Source of the DNA: Nitrospirota bacterium
Lineage (GTDB): Bacteria; Nitrospirota; UBA9217
Assembly (NCBI GenBank): GCA_963790205.1
Contig: CAWBNQ010000001.1
Location: forward strand, 320,001 to 384,000
Length of the DNA: 64,000 nucleotides
Direction of reading: 5' to 3'
Shown here: piece after piece, positions 30,821 to 41,042 of the stretch
How the letters are laid out: every line of letters starts with the position of its first letter
Numbering within the stretch: the first letter of the stretch is position 1
Notes under the pieces: model-generated
Databases searched by the model: none
What the model saw: only the letters and a program-made list of their open reading frames with translations
Told to the model about the DNA's origin: nothing
Translations under genes and position numbers: made by a program

Positions 30821-31882
30821 ATGAATATGACCAAGCATAGGACGTGGGCGTTTGCGTTCCTGGCGGTCCTGGCGGCTTTTCTGGCGGCGAATTTCGTTAT
30901 CTGGAAAAGCTTTACCGCGGACATGCTGAATGCAGGGGAGTACGTTACTCCCGATCTCGTCCGGCTGGCGTATATTTCCGGATCGACATTGCGCAGAAAG
31001 GCGGGGTGCACGCTGCCGAAACGGCACATCGAAAGCGCGGAATTTTCAGGCCAGCGAGTGGACGTCCTGACGATCGGAGACTCCTTTTCCAATAAAGGAG
31101 AGGTCGGGCCGAATCAGCTCTATCAGGACTGGCTGGCAACGGAGCACAACCTGACGGTCGTGAATGTGCGTCCGCTCAACGGCCTGGACGAGTTCGAAAC
31201 CCTTATCGTGTTGCTGAACAGCGGCTACCTCGACCTGGTGCGACCGCGCGCGGTCATTCTGGAAACCGCAGAACGGTACTGCATCGGCAGATACACCGGG
31301 GGCGTTGATTTCGGCCTTACGAAACCGCGTGAAGAGATCGAAGAACAGTATGGAAGGCCCGAGGGAAAACACAGCCTGCCCGTAATGAGCTTTGTAAATA
31401 TGAGCAATGTCAAGTTCCTGGCCAACAGCATCCTGTACAAATTTTCGGCAAACGCGTTTTTTTCGCAGGTCTACATCAAAGACCTCTCCGCCCCGTTTTT
31501 CAGCGTTCCCCGGGCCCGGCGGCTGCTTTTTTTTCGCGAAGAACTGAGCAGCATCCCTTTCGCCACCGCGCGCTCGGTCGGGGTGCTCAATGAAAACCTG
31601 AATGTGCTGGCCCAACGAATGAAACAGAAGGGGATTACCCTCTATTTCATGCCGGCGGCGAACAAATACACCATCTACAGCGATTATATCGTCGATAATC
31701 CTTATCCCAGAAGCGTCTTTTTCGAACTGCTGCGCGGACTGCCGAAACACTATGTCTTTGTGGACACCAAAGCGATTCTGCTCGAGGAAGTAAAAAAAGG
31801 CGAGAAAGACGTTTACTATCCCGATGATACCCATTGGAGCTGGAAGGCATCGAAGAAAATCGCCGAGAGCATGAAGTTCTGA
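30821..31882 (+). CDS. AlgJ/AlgX-like SGNH O-acetyltransferase
   Basis: N-terminal TM anchor, IGDSF and DDTHWS; follows MBOAT gene. Confidence 0.75.
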   Translation: MNMTKHRTWAFAFLAVLAAFLAANFVIWKSFTADMLNAGEYVTPDLVRLAYISGSTLRRKAGCTLPKRHIESAEFSGQRVDVLTIGDSFSNKGEVGPNQLYQDWLATEHNLTVVNVRPLNGLDEFETLIVLLNSGYLDLVRPRAVILETAERYCIGRYTGGVDFGLTKPREEIEEQYGRPEGKHSLPVMSFVNMSNVKFLANSILYKFSANAFFSQVYIKDLSAPFFSVPRARRLLFFREELSSIPFATARSVGVLNENLNVLAQRMKQKGITLYFMPAANKYTIYSDYIVDNPYPRSVFFELLRGLPKHYVFVDTKAILLEEVKKGEKDVYYPDDTHWSWKASKKIAESMKF

Positions 31883-31906
31883 AGGTTGAAACATTACCGT
31901 ATTTGC

Positions 31907-31973
31907 ACGCATTTCCCGAAACGAAATGAAGGTTCGCATAGGCATCCGCGGGGAATGCGCTCACCCAGAATTC
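31907..31973 (-). repeat. Dispersed ~65-bp repeat, third copy
   Basis: Reverse complement reads GAATTCTGGGTGAGCGCATTCCCCGCGGATGCCTATGCGAACCTTCATTT. Confidence 0.8.
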
Positions 31974-32100
31974 ACCTGCCCCGCACTCGACTGCGCCCAA
32001 AACTACCTCCCCCAGAGTTGACGATTTTCCGGAAAAAGACTATAGTAACCTCTTGAGAAGCGGTTTTCCCCGAGTATTGCCCCACAAGGAGACGCGATCC

Positions 32101-33810
32101 GTGAACGATATTCTCCCCTCATCGCCGGAGGACTCAAAAGGCCCCACCCTGTCAATCATCCCCCTCGGCGGCATCGGCGAGATCGGCATGAACATGACCG
32201 TGTTCGAATACGGCGACGACATGCTGGTTGTCGACGCGGGCCTCATGTTTCCCGATGCCGAGATGCTCGGCGTGGACATCGTGATCCCCGACTTTTCCTA
32301 TCTTCTCGAGAATAAGGACCGCGTACGCGGAATCGTGCTCACTCACGGCCATGAAGACCACATCGGCGCGCTCCCCTTTCTCCTCAAGGAGCTCAACGTC
32401 CCGATCTACGGCACCCGGCTTACGCTGGGATTCGTGAAAGAAAAGCTCCGGGAGCATGAACTCGACACCGTTGCGCAGCTCACCGTTGTCAAACCCCGGG
32501 ATGTGGTGGAACTCGGGAGCTTTCGCGTGGAATTCATCCGCGTGACCCACAGCATCGTCGACGGCGTGGGCCTCGGCATCACGACGCCGGCGGGCCGCGT
32601 GGTGCACACCGGGGACTTCAAGATCGACCCCACGCCGGTCGACGGGCAGGTCATGGACCTCCGCACGTTCGCGGAATACGGCGATAAAGGCACGCTCGTA
32701 CTCCTGTCGGACAGCACGAATGCGGGCCAGGGCGGATACACCTTTTCAGAGAAGGAGGTCAGGCGCGGGCTCGAGGACATCTTCAGCCGCGCAAAGGGCA
32801 GGATCGTGGTCGCGACCTTCGCCTCGAACATCCACCGCGTGCAGCAGATCATCGACGTGTCCGTTATGTACAACCGGAAGGTGATCCTGAACGGGAAGAG
32901 CATGATCGCGAACGCCCAGATCGCGCTCGATCTCGGCTATCTCAGGATCCCGCCCGACACCTGGCACAAGATAGAGGCGCTCAAGACCCTGCCGGACGAG
33001 CAGGTCGTGATGATCACCACGGGCAGCCAGGGCGAGCCCATGAGCGCGCTTTCGCGCATGGCCGCGAACGAGCATAAACACTTCCAGATCAGGAAAGGCG
33101 ACACCATCATTCTTTCGTCCAAGATGATCCCCGGCAACGAACGCGGCATTACGCGGATCATCAACCACCTCTTCAAGCACGGGGCCGAGGTGTTCTACGA
33201 GAAGGTGTCCGAGATCCACGTCTCGGGCCATGCGTCCAAGGAAGAGCTGAAGCTCATGCTTTCCCTCATCAAGCCGAAATATTTCATCCCCGTGCACGGA
33301 GAGTACCGGCACCTCGTGTACCACTCCCAGCTTGCGAGGAAGGTGAACATCCCCGAGGAGAACATCTTCATCCTCGAAAACGGAGAGGTGATGGAATTCA
33401 CGGAGAACAGCGCCCGGCGCGCGGGGCGAGTGAACGTCGGCCGGGTGTACATCGACGGCAAGACCGCCGGCTCCACCGCGGACGCGGGCGTGGACACGGT
33501 CGTTCTCAGGGACCGGATGAAGCTGGCCCACGACGGCGTGGTGATCGTGATCCTCGGCATCGAGAAGACTTCGGGCAAGGTGGTCTCGGGACCGGACATC
33601 GTGTCGCGGGGCTTCGTGTTCGAGGACGCGTCGCAGGAGCTTTTGGCCGAGGTGAAGGACGTGGTCATGGACACGCTTACGCTCATGATCCCCGAGGCAA
33701 AGGGCGACTGGTCCCTCGTCTCCGCCCGCGTCAGGAGCGCGCTCAAGAAGTTCATCAACAAGCGCATGGAGCGGCGGCCCATGATCCTGCCGATCATCAT
33801 GGAGATCTAG
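32101..33810 (+). CDS. rnj: Ribonuclease J
   Basis: PLGGIGEIGMN, THGHEDHIG, HTGDFK, TGSQGEP, HVSGH. Confidence 0.97.
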   Translation: MNDILPSSPEDSKGPTLSIIPLGGIGEIGMNMTVFEYGDDMLVVDAGLMFPDAEMLGVDIVIPDFSYLLENKDRVRGIVLTHGHEDHIGALPFLLKELNVPIYGTRLTLGFVKEKLREHELDTVAQLTVVKPRDVVELGSFRVEFIRVTHSIVDGVGLGITTPAGRVVHTGDFKIDPTPVDGQVMDLRTFAEYGDKGTLVLLSDSTNAGQGGYTFSEKEVRRGLEDIFSRAKGRIVVATFASNIHRVQQIIDVSVMYNRKVILNGKSMIANAQIALDLGYLRIPPDTWHKIEALKTLPDEQVVMITTGSQGEPMSALSRMAANEHKHFQIRKGDTIILSSKMIPGNERGITRIINHLFKHGAEVFYEKVSEIHVSGHASKEELKLMLSLIKPKYFIPVHGEYRHLVYHSQLARKVNIPEENIFILENGEVMEFTENSARRAGRVNVGRVYIDGKTAGSTADAGVDTVVLRDRMKLAHDGVVIVILGIEKTSGKVVSGPDIVSRGFVFEDASQELLAEVKDVVMDTLTLMIPEAKGDWSLVSARVRSALKKFINKRMERRPMILPIIMEI

Positions 33811-33902
33811 TGAATATATCCTTGACGCTACCCGCCTGATGCGAGATTGCCAAATTCCGCTTAACGTGGTATCTTAATATCATCAAGAGAGCGAGGTGTG
33901 TG

Positions 33903-34097
33903 ATGGGTAAGAAAGACGTATTGATGGACGAAATCGGGCAGGTTCCCGAACCATTTCTCGACGAGGTGCTTGATTTTGTCCGTTTCATTAAAGCGAAAAC
34001 AGCAAAGGAAAAAACCGACATTACCATCGCAAGCGAGTCATCCTTAAAAAAAGACTGGCTGAGGCCGGAGGAGGATGAGGCTTGGCAAAATTTGTAA
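33903..34097 (+). CDS. DUF2281-like small protein (antitoxin-associated)
   Basis: EVLDFVRFIK and SESSLKKDWLRPEEDEAW. Confidence 0.75.
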   Translation: MGKKDVLMDEIGQVPEPFLDEVLDFVRFIKAKTAKEKTDITIASESSLKKDWLRPEEDEAWQNL

Positions 34098-34125
34098 AAT
34101 GCGAACTCCCGCATGAGGTGAGCAC

Positions 34126-34467
34126 ATGAGCATCGTCAAGGAAGCAAATCCCGTCGCGGTCAAGATAGCGAAACAATTCGCGGACGCGGTGCATGACCTT
34201 GTTCCCAGGGCGATTGTAAAGCTATTCGGCTCGGCGGCCCGCGGCGAAATGGAGGAGCTGAGCGACATTGACATCTATGTGGAACTGCCCGATGCCGCGG
34301 CAACCGACGCCGTCAGGGAAAAGATCAACGACCTTGCCTGGGAAGTAGGTTTTGCTCACGACAGAGTGATACAGTCGGTGGTTTATCAGAAAAGCGAGAT
34401 TTGGGAAAGCCCCCTCCGGTCATCGCCCTTTATCAAGGCCGTGACGCAAGAGGGCATCCTCTTATGA
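34126..34467 (+). CDS. Minimal nucleotidyltransferase (MNT)
   Basis: LFGSAARG...SDIDIYV. Confidence 0.88.
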   Translation: MSIVKEANPVAVKIAKQFADAVHDLVPRAIVKLFGSAARGEMEELSDIDIYVELPDAAATDAVREKINDLAWEVGFAHDRVIQSVVYQKSEIWESPLRSSPFIKAVTQEGILL

Positions 34468-34892
34468 GAAATGCCGACACCGTAGCGCTCATAAAACACA
34501 ACCTCCAAAAGGCGGATGATTCAATAATACAGGCGAACGCCCTTCTCAATATTCAGCAACACTTCGGCGCGGTTAATCGCGCCTACTACGCCATTTTCTA
34601 CGCCGTACTCGCTATTCTGCTCGCCAAAGATCTCGGCAGTTCGAAACACTCCGGGGTCCTTTCCCTCTTCGATCGTGAGTTTGTCAAAACAAATGAAGTA
34701 GACAGAAAGTGGTCCAAAATTTTTCACGACGCGTCCGGACTGAGGGCGACGGGAGATTACGCAAGGCTTGCCGATGTAACCGCTCAGCAGGCAGCTAAGA
34801 CGATTCAAAATGCCGAGGAGTCGTCTTCTGGGCAAGGGAATGGCTTGCGGAGCGAAAGTGGCTCTAGCGGTCGCACAAACTACCTGCCTTAA
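34464..34892 (+). CDS. HEPN-domain protein; likely 1-nt deletion near 34821 (natural stop probably 34867)
   Basis: NRAYYAIFYA, SKHSGV, RATGDY; coupled to MNT by ATGA overlap. Confidence 0.82.
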   Translation: MRNADTVALIKHNLQKADDSIIQANALLNIQQHFGAVNRAYYAIFYAVLAILLAKDLGSSKHSGVLSLFDREFVKTNEVDRKWSKIFHDASGLRATGDYARLADVTAQQAAKTIQNAEESSSGQGNGLRSESGSSGRTNYLP

Positions 34893-34937
34893 ACCCATTT
34901 CGGAAAGAGACGAGGGTGAACCACCAACAGGTGCCGA

Positions 34938-37900
34938 ATGCATGAGAACTTGATCGAACGATATCTGACTGACCTGCTGGAGGTGCGCGGCACGCGTTCC
35001 AATGCGCCGGAGACGTCATTCTATCCGGCTTTGGAGCACCTGCTTACTTCCCTGGGGAAAAGCCTCAATCCCAAGGTCCGGTGCGTTATCAATCTGGCGA
35101 ATCGAGGCGCAGGCCTGCCGGATGGTGGGTTATTCACTGCCGATCAGTTCAGCCGCAAAGCACGCGATGCAGAGGACAAAGACAATCCCTTTCTTGCGCA
35201 AAACCCCTCTCGCGGAGTGATCGAGGCAAAGGCCCCTTCCGCTGATATCAACGAGCTTGCTGGTTCCGAGCAGGTCGAGCGTTACTGGAAAAAGTACGGG
35301 ATGGTACTCATCACGAACTTCCGGTCTTTCGCTCTCATCGGAAAGAATCCGGCGGGACAACCGTCGGTTCTCGAATCCTTTTCCTTGGCGGAATCAGAAA
35401 AAGAGTTTTGGCAGCTTGCGGCCCATCCGCGTAAGACCGCTGATGAGCAAGGAGAGCGGATGCTGGAATATCTCCGCCGTGTCCTTCTGCACAACGCGCC
35501 GCTTGCCGAGCCCAAAGATGTCGCGACTATCCTTGCCTCGTACGCTCACGATGCCCGGCTGAGGATAGAGCAGGCGGACCTCCCCGCCCTGCAGAACCTG
35601 CGCAAGGCGCTCGAAGACTCGCTCGGTCTGCATTTCGAGGGCGAGAAGGGCGAACACTTCTTCCGGTCGACTCTGGTGCAAACGCTCTTCTACGGTGTTT
35701 TTTCCGCATGGGTCCTCTGGGCGCGCAGAAAAGATACCGGGCAACCGAAAAAATCCTTTGCCGATAAGATCCACGAATCGCAGGCGCCCTACACGGTTTC
35801 GGGTCCCTTTGACTGGAAAGCCGCCCACTGGCTGCTCCGCGTTCCGATGCTCCGCGCGCTGTTCGTGCAGGTGGCTGATCCTGCCCGGCTCGGTGCGCTC
35901 GGCCTCATCGAGGCTCTCGACTGGACCGCCGCGGCACTGAACCGCGTGGATCGCGCGGCGTTCTTTCATTCCTTCGACGAAGGCCATGCCGTGCAGTATT
36001 TCTACGAGCCCTTCCTGCACGCCTTTGATCCCGAGCTGCGCAAGGAACTTGGTGTCTGGTACACGCCCGAGGAGATCGTTAATTATCAGGTCGAGCGCGT
36101 TGATGCCGTTCTCCGGTCGGAACTGAATCTGCCCGACGGCCTCGCCGATCCGAAGGTTGTCGTTCTCGATCCCTGCTGCGGGACCGGCGCATATCTTCGC
36201 GCGGTACTTCGCCGCATCGCGGTGACGCTCCGCGATAAAGGGGGCGATGCCCTCGTTGCGAATGACCTCAAGAAGGCGGCAATGGAGCGCGTCTTCGGCT
36301 TCGAGATTCTTCCCGCGCCTTTCGTTATCGCGCATCTCCAACTTGGTTTGGAACTCGAAACCCTCGGCGCGCCGCTAAGCGACGTGGGCGATCCTCCGGA
36401 GCGTGCGGGTGTTTATCTTACGAACGCGCTCACTGGCTGGGAGCCGCCGAAGGAAAAGCCGAAGCAGATCGCGTTCCCGGGATTCGCAGAGGAACGCGAT
36501 GCAGCGGGAAAGGTGAAGCAGGAAAAAACCATCCTCGTTATAATCGGCAATCCGCCGTATAATGCGTTCTCCGGCGTCAGTCCTGAGGAAGAGAACGGCC
36601 TAGTCGAACCCTACAAAAAAGGCCTGATCTCCGATTGGGGAATAAAGAAGTTCAACCTCGACGACCTCTACATTCGTTTCTTCCGTCTGGCCGAAAAGCG
36701 CATAGCTGAGCACAGCGGGCGTGGTGTTGTGTCGTTCATCTCGAATTTCTCTTACCTGGGCGACCCTTCGTTCGTCGTGGCGCGCCGCAGGTTCCTCGAC
36801 GAATTCGATGCGATCTGGCTGGACTGCATGAACGGCGACAGCCGCGAAACCGGCAAGCTAACGCCGGAGGGCAAACCCGATCCATCGGTATTCTCAACAG
36901 AGTGGAACCGCGAAGGCATTCGCGTCGGCACTGCCATTGGCTTGTTCGTAAAACGTGGCCGCACTCATGAAGCCGACGCAGCGGTTCGTTTTCATCATTT
37001 TTGGGGTACGGCGAAACGAAACGATCTTCTCACCAGCCTCAAAGCAAAAAACTTTAACGCGCAATACGAGACAGCCAATCCGCAGAAGGATAACCGTTGG
37101 ACGTTCCGACCGTCAGACGTCACAACGGCGTATCTTGGATGGCCTAAGCTGACCGATCTTTGCGCTGAAGCTCCGAGCAATGGATTAATGGAAAAGCGTG
37201 GCGGCGCGCTGATGGCAGATGACCGCAAGGCTCTCGAAGCGCGAATGAAGCGCTTTTTTGATAAGAATGTGTCTTTCGAGGAATTGAAGGATGAATTGCA
37301 TCCTCTAACATTCGATGCAGCGGCACACGATGCGCGTAAGGCGCGCGAGAAAGTTCTTAAGGCAGAAGGATTCCTTGAAAGCCGTCTAATCAGATACGCT
37401 TTACGCCCGCTCGATCATTGTTGGTGTTACTACACTGGAATCAGTTCAATCTGGAACCGACCTCGACCCACGCTCTGGCCGCAGTGCTGGGAAGGTAACA
37501 GTTTTCTCATGACACGACCATCCGGAGTCGCGCATCCGGAGGGGTTGCCATTATTCTTGACGAGCACGTTAGGCGACAACGACTTTCTGAGAGGTCATGC
37601 ATACTACTTCGCTTTACGGCTTAAGGTTGGGCTTGGCCAGAAAGCTTCTCGGAGAGCGAACGATAAGCTTGCCCTTCCCGGAATGGAACACGACGCCGAG
37701 AAGATTACCGCCAACCTCTCACCCTCAACGCGCTCCTATCTAACATCGCTTGGCTTGCCTGAACCGGACACAGATCAGAAGACTGCTGAATTGATCTGGT
37801 ATCACGCTTTGACAATCGGTTATTCACCGGCATATCTTTCCGAGAATGCTGACGGCATTCGGCAGGACTGGCCGCGAATTCCGCTGCCGATGAAGAAAGA

Positions 37901-38411
37901 TGCGTTGCTTTCTTCCGCAGGCCTCGGGCGACAGGTCGCGGCATTGCTGGATACTGAATCGCCGGTGCCCACAGTAACAACGGGCAAGATACGTGACGAT
38001 CTCAAGAGCATTGCTGTGTTCGAGCGCACGGATGGCAAACAGGCTAATCCAACTTCCGGTGATCTTGATCTCACCGCTGGCTGGGGTCATGCGGGTAAGG
38101 GCGGTATCACCATGCCCGGCAAAGGATTGATTCGGGAGAATGGCGACGCGCTCGACATCTATCTGAATGAAAACACCCGCTGGCGGAATGTGCCGAAAGC
38201 TGTGTGGGATTACACCATCGGCGGATACCAGGTCATCAAGAAGTGGCTTTCATACCGCGAAAAGGATTTGCTCGGCAGGGGTTTGACGCCGGAGGAAGTG
38301 CGCTACGTGACTGAGATGGCACGCCGCCTTGCTGCGCTGATCGCATTGCAACCTGCGCTGGACGACAACTATCGGAGCGTGATCAAAACGACATATCATT
38401 GGACAAAATGA
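34938..38411 (+). CDS. Single-polypeptide restriction-modification enzyme (nuclease, N6-adenine MTase, specificity domain; Type IIG/IIL or ISP-like without helicase)
   Basis: LPDGG...VIEAK, GVWYTPEEIV, LDPCCGTG, IGNPPY, C-terminal IGGYQVIKKWLSYR. Confidence 0.88.
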   Translation: MHENLIERYLTDLLEVRGTRSNAPETSFYPALEHLLTSLGKSLNPKVRCVINLANRGAGLPDGGLFTADQFSRKARDAEDKDNPFLAQNPSRGVIEAKAPSADINELAGSEQVERYWKKYGMVLITNFRSFALIGKNPAGQPSVLESFSLAESEKEFWQLAAHPRKTADEQGERMLEYLRRVLLHNAPLAEPKDVATILASYAHDARLRIEQADLPALQNLRKALEDSLGLHFEGEKGEHFFRSTLVQTLFYGVFSAWVLWARRKDTGQPKKSFADKIHESQAPYTVSGPFDWKAAHWLLRVPMLRALFVQVADPARLGALGLIEALDWTAAALNRVDRAAFFHSFDEGHAVQYFYEPFLHAFDPELRKELGVWYTPEEIVNYQVERVDAVLRSELNLPDGLADPKVVVLDPCCGTGAYLRAVLRRIAVTLRDKGGDALVANDLKKAAMERVFGFEILPAPFVIAHLQLGLELETLGAPLSDVGDPPERAGVYLTNALTGWEPPKEKPKQIAFPGFAEERDAAGKVKQEKTILVIIGNPPYNAFSGVSPEEENGLVEPYKKGLISDWGIKKFNLDDLYIRFFRLAEKRIAEHSGRGVVSFISNFSYLGDPSFVVARRRFLDEFDAIWLDCMNGDSRETGKLTPEGKPDPSVFSTEWNREGIRVGTAIGLFVKRGRTHEADAAVRFHHFWGTAKRNDLLTSLKAKNFNAQYETANPQKDNRWTFRPSDVTTAYLGWPKLTDLCAEAPSNGLMEKRGGALMADDRKALEARMKRFFDKNVSFEELKDELHPLTFDAAAHDARKAREKVLKAEGFLESRLIRYALRPLDHCWCYYTGISSIWNRPRPTLWPQCWEGNSFLMTRPSGVAHPEGLPLFLTSTLGDNDFLRGHAYYFALRLKVGLGQKASRRANDKLALPGMEHDAEKITANLSPSTRSYLTSLGLPEPDTDQKTAELIWYHALTIGYSPAYLSENADGIRQDWPRIPLPMKKDALLSSAGLGRQVAALLDTESPVPTVTTGKIRDDLKSIAVFERTDGKQANPTSGDLDLTAGWGHAGKGGITMPGKGLIRENGDALDIYLNENTRWRNVPKAVWDYTIGGYQVIKKWLSYREKDLLGRGLTPEEVRYVTEMARRLAALIALQPALDDNYRSVIKTTYHWTK

Positions 38412-38479
38412 CCGGGGAGTACGAACCGATGGAGTCTTAAAGCTTTCACACGCTACCGGCTGCACAGCATGGAGGCTCA

Positions 38480-40963
38480 ATGGTCAACAACAACCACAAG
38501 ACGTTAGACAACTTCAAATACGACAAGCTCGCTGAGGACCGGGAGTCCCTCAGGCATTCGCTCTCCAACCGTCTCATCTACTCCATGGGCAAGGACCCGA
38601 TCACCGCGACCCACCGCGACTGGCTTCACACCACGGCCTACTCCGTGCGGGAGCGGCTGATCGAACGCTGGATGGAGACCATGCGCAGCTACTACCATTC
38701 GGACGCGAAACGCGTCTACTACCTCTCCATGGAGTTTCTGACCGGTCGGCTTCTTGCAAACAGCCTTTTCAATATGGGTTTCTACGACGAGTGCCGCCAG
38801 GCGCTCGCGGACCTGGACCTGGACCTCGACCGTATTCGCGAGCTTGAATCCGACGCGGCCCTGGGAAACGGCGGGCTCGGCAGGCTCGCCGCCTGCTTTC
38901 TTGACTCCATGGCAACGCTGGGTCTGCCGGGATACGGCTACGGCATCCGCTACGAATACGGCATGTTCAACCAGCGCATCGAGAACGGCCAGCAGATAGA
39001 GCACCCGGACAACTGGCTGCGTTACGGGAACCCCTGGGAGTTCCCGCGCCCCGAAGTGCTCTTCGCGGTCAAATTCGGCGGCAAGGTCGTGCAGTTCAGG
39101 GACGAACAGGGCCAGGTCCGCTTCCATTGGGTCGATACCGAGGACGTCATGGCCATGGCCTACGACACGCCCGTGCCCGGCTACGACACGAGCACGGTGA
39201 ACAACATGCGCCTCTGGACCGCGAAAGCGACGCGCGATTTCAACCTCAAGTACTTTAACGAGGGGAACTACATCAAGGCCGTCGAGGAAAAGAACGAATC
39301 GGAGAACCTCTCGAAGGTGCTCTACCCCGACGACACCACGCAGATGGGCCGTGAGCTGCGGCTCAAGCAGCAGTATTTCTTCGTCTGCGCCTCGATCCAG
39401 GACATCATGAGGCGTTTCACCAAGTATCACCCGCACCTGGATGAACTGCCGGACAAGGTAGCGATCCAGCTGAACGATACCCATCCCTCGATCGGCATCC
39501 CGGAGCTCATGCGCGTCCTGATAGACATTCATCACCTCGAATGGGACCGCGCCTGGGACATCACGCAGCGCACCTTTTCCTATACGAACCACACGCTCAT
39601 GCCCGAGGCGCTCGAGACCTGGCCCGTGAAACTCTTCGAGGAAATCCTGCCTCGTCACCTGCAGATCATCTATGAGATCAATTACCGCTTTCTTGAAAAC
39701 GTGCGGCACCATAGCCCCGGGGATACGGACCTGCTCCGGCGCCTGTCGATCGTGGACGAGGGAGGCGGGAGACGGCTCCGCATGGCGCACCTGGCCATTG
39801 TCGGGAGCCACCGGGTGAACGGCGTCTCGCAGATCCACACGGACCTCATGAAGAAGACGATCTTCGCGGACTTCGAGCGCTTTTTCCCCGGCAAGATCAT
39901 CAACATCACGAACGGCGTCACGCCGCGGCGCTGGCTGCAAGAGGCGAACCCCGCCCTGTCCTCTCTCATCACGTCCCGCCTCGGCAAAGGATGGCTGTGC
40001 GAGCTCTCGGAACTGAAGAACCTCGCGCCGCTCGCCGAAGACGCGGAGTTCCGGCAGCGGTTCCGCGACGTGAAGCGGGAGAACAAAGAGCGGCTGGCCA
40101 AGATCATCAAGATGCGCCTCAAACTGATCGTAAACCCGGCATCGCTCTTCGACGTGCAGATCAAGCGCATCCACGAATACAAGCGGCAGCTCCTGAACGT
40201 GCTCCACATCGTGACCCGCTACAACCGCATCAAGGAAGGCCGCGCGGAGAATCCCGTCCCGCGCACGGCGATCTTCAGCGGCAAGGCCGCGCCGGGCTAC
40301 ACCATGGCCAAGCTCATCATCAAGCTGATTCACAGCGTGGGAGATGTCGTGAACAACGATCCCGCGGTCGGCGATCTGCTCAAAGTCGTGTTCATACCCG
40401 ACTACAACGTCTCGAACGCCGAAAAGATCATCCCTGCCTGCGACCTTTCGGAGCAGATCTCGACGGCCGGCACCGAGGCCTCGGGCACGGGCAACATGAA
40501 GCTTGCATTGAACGGCGCGCTCACGATCGGCACCCTCGACGGCGCAAACATCGAGATGAGGGACGAGGTAGGCAGCGACAACTTTTTTATCTTCGGGCTC
40601 AGCGCGGAAGAGGTTGCGGCGCAGCGGGCACAAGGCTACAATCCCTGGGACCTCTATAACACCAATGCCGAGCTCAGGAAGGCCCTCAACGTGATCGCCG
40701 GCGGCTACTTCTCGCCCGGCGCGCCTGACCTTTTCCGGCCGGTAACCGACGCCCTCACGCACGGCGGCGACCATTTTCTCCTGCTCGCGGATTACGCTTC
40801 GTACATGTCCTGCCAGGAGCGCGTGGATGAGCTTTACCGCAATAACGATGAGTGGAGCAAACGCGCCATCCTGAACGTCGCCAATATGGGCAGGTTTTCG
40901 AGCGATCGTTCGGTCAAGGAATACGCCGAGGGCGTGTGGAAGGTGAGAGCCGTGAAGCACTGA
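38480..40963 (+). CDS. glgP: Glycogen/alpha-glucan phosphorylase
   Basis: LGNGGLGRLAACF, QLNDTHP, KRIHEYKRQ, EASGTGNMK. Confidence 0.98.
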   Translation: MVNNNHKTLDNFKYDKLAEDRESLRHSLSNRLIYSMGKDPITATHRDWLHTTAYSVRERLIERWMETMRSYYHSDAKRVYYLSMEFLTGRLLANSLFNMGFYDECRQALADLDLDLDRIRELESDAALGNGGLGRLAACFLDSMATLGLPGYGYGIRYEYGMFNQRIENGQQIEHPDNWLRYGNPWEFPRPEVLFAVKFGGKVVQFRDEQGQVRFHWVDTEDVMAMAYDTPVPGYDTSTVNNMRLWTAKATRDFNLKYFNEGNYIKAVEEKNESENLSKVLYPDDTTQMGRELRLKQQYFFVCASIQDIMRRFTKYHPHLDELPDKVAIQLNDTHPSIGIPELMRVLIDIHHLEWDRAWDITQRTFSYTNHTLMPEALETWPVKLFEEILPRHLQIIYEINYRFLENVRHHSPGDTDLLRRLSIVDEGGGRRLRMAHLAIVGSHRVNGVSQIHTDLMKKTIFADFERFFPGKIINITNGVTPRRWLQEANPALSSLITSRLGKGWLCELSELKNLAPLAEDAEFRQRFRDVKRENKERLAKIIKMRLKLIVNPASLFDVQIKRIHEYKRQLLNVLHIVTRYNRIKEGRAENPVPRTAIFSGKAAPGYTMAKLIIKLIHSVGDVVNNDPAVGDLLKVVFIPDYNVSNAEKIIPACDLSEQISTAGTEASGTGNMKLALNGALTIGTLDGANIEMRDEVGSDNFFIFGLSAEEVAAQRAQGYNPWDLYNTNAELRKALNVIAGGYFSPGAPDLFRPVTDALTHGGDHFLLLADYASYMSCQERVDELYRNNDEWSKRAILNVANMGRFSSDRSVKEYAEGVWKVRAVKH

Positions 40964-41042
40964 CGCGCGGCCCCGGCCTTCTGCGAAGACGCGTGCCGTC
41001 CGGGCTTGCCGAACCCGCGAATACCCGTATTGTCTCAGCGCA

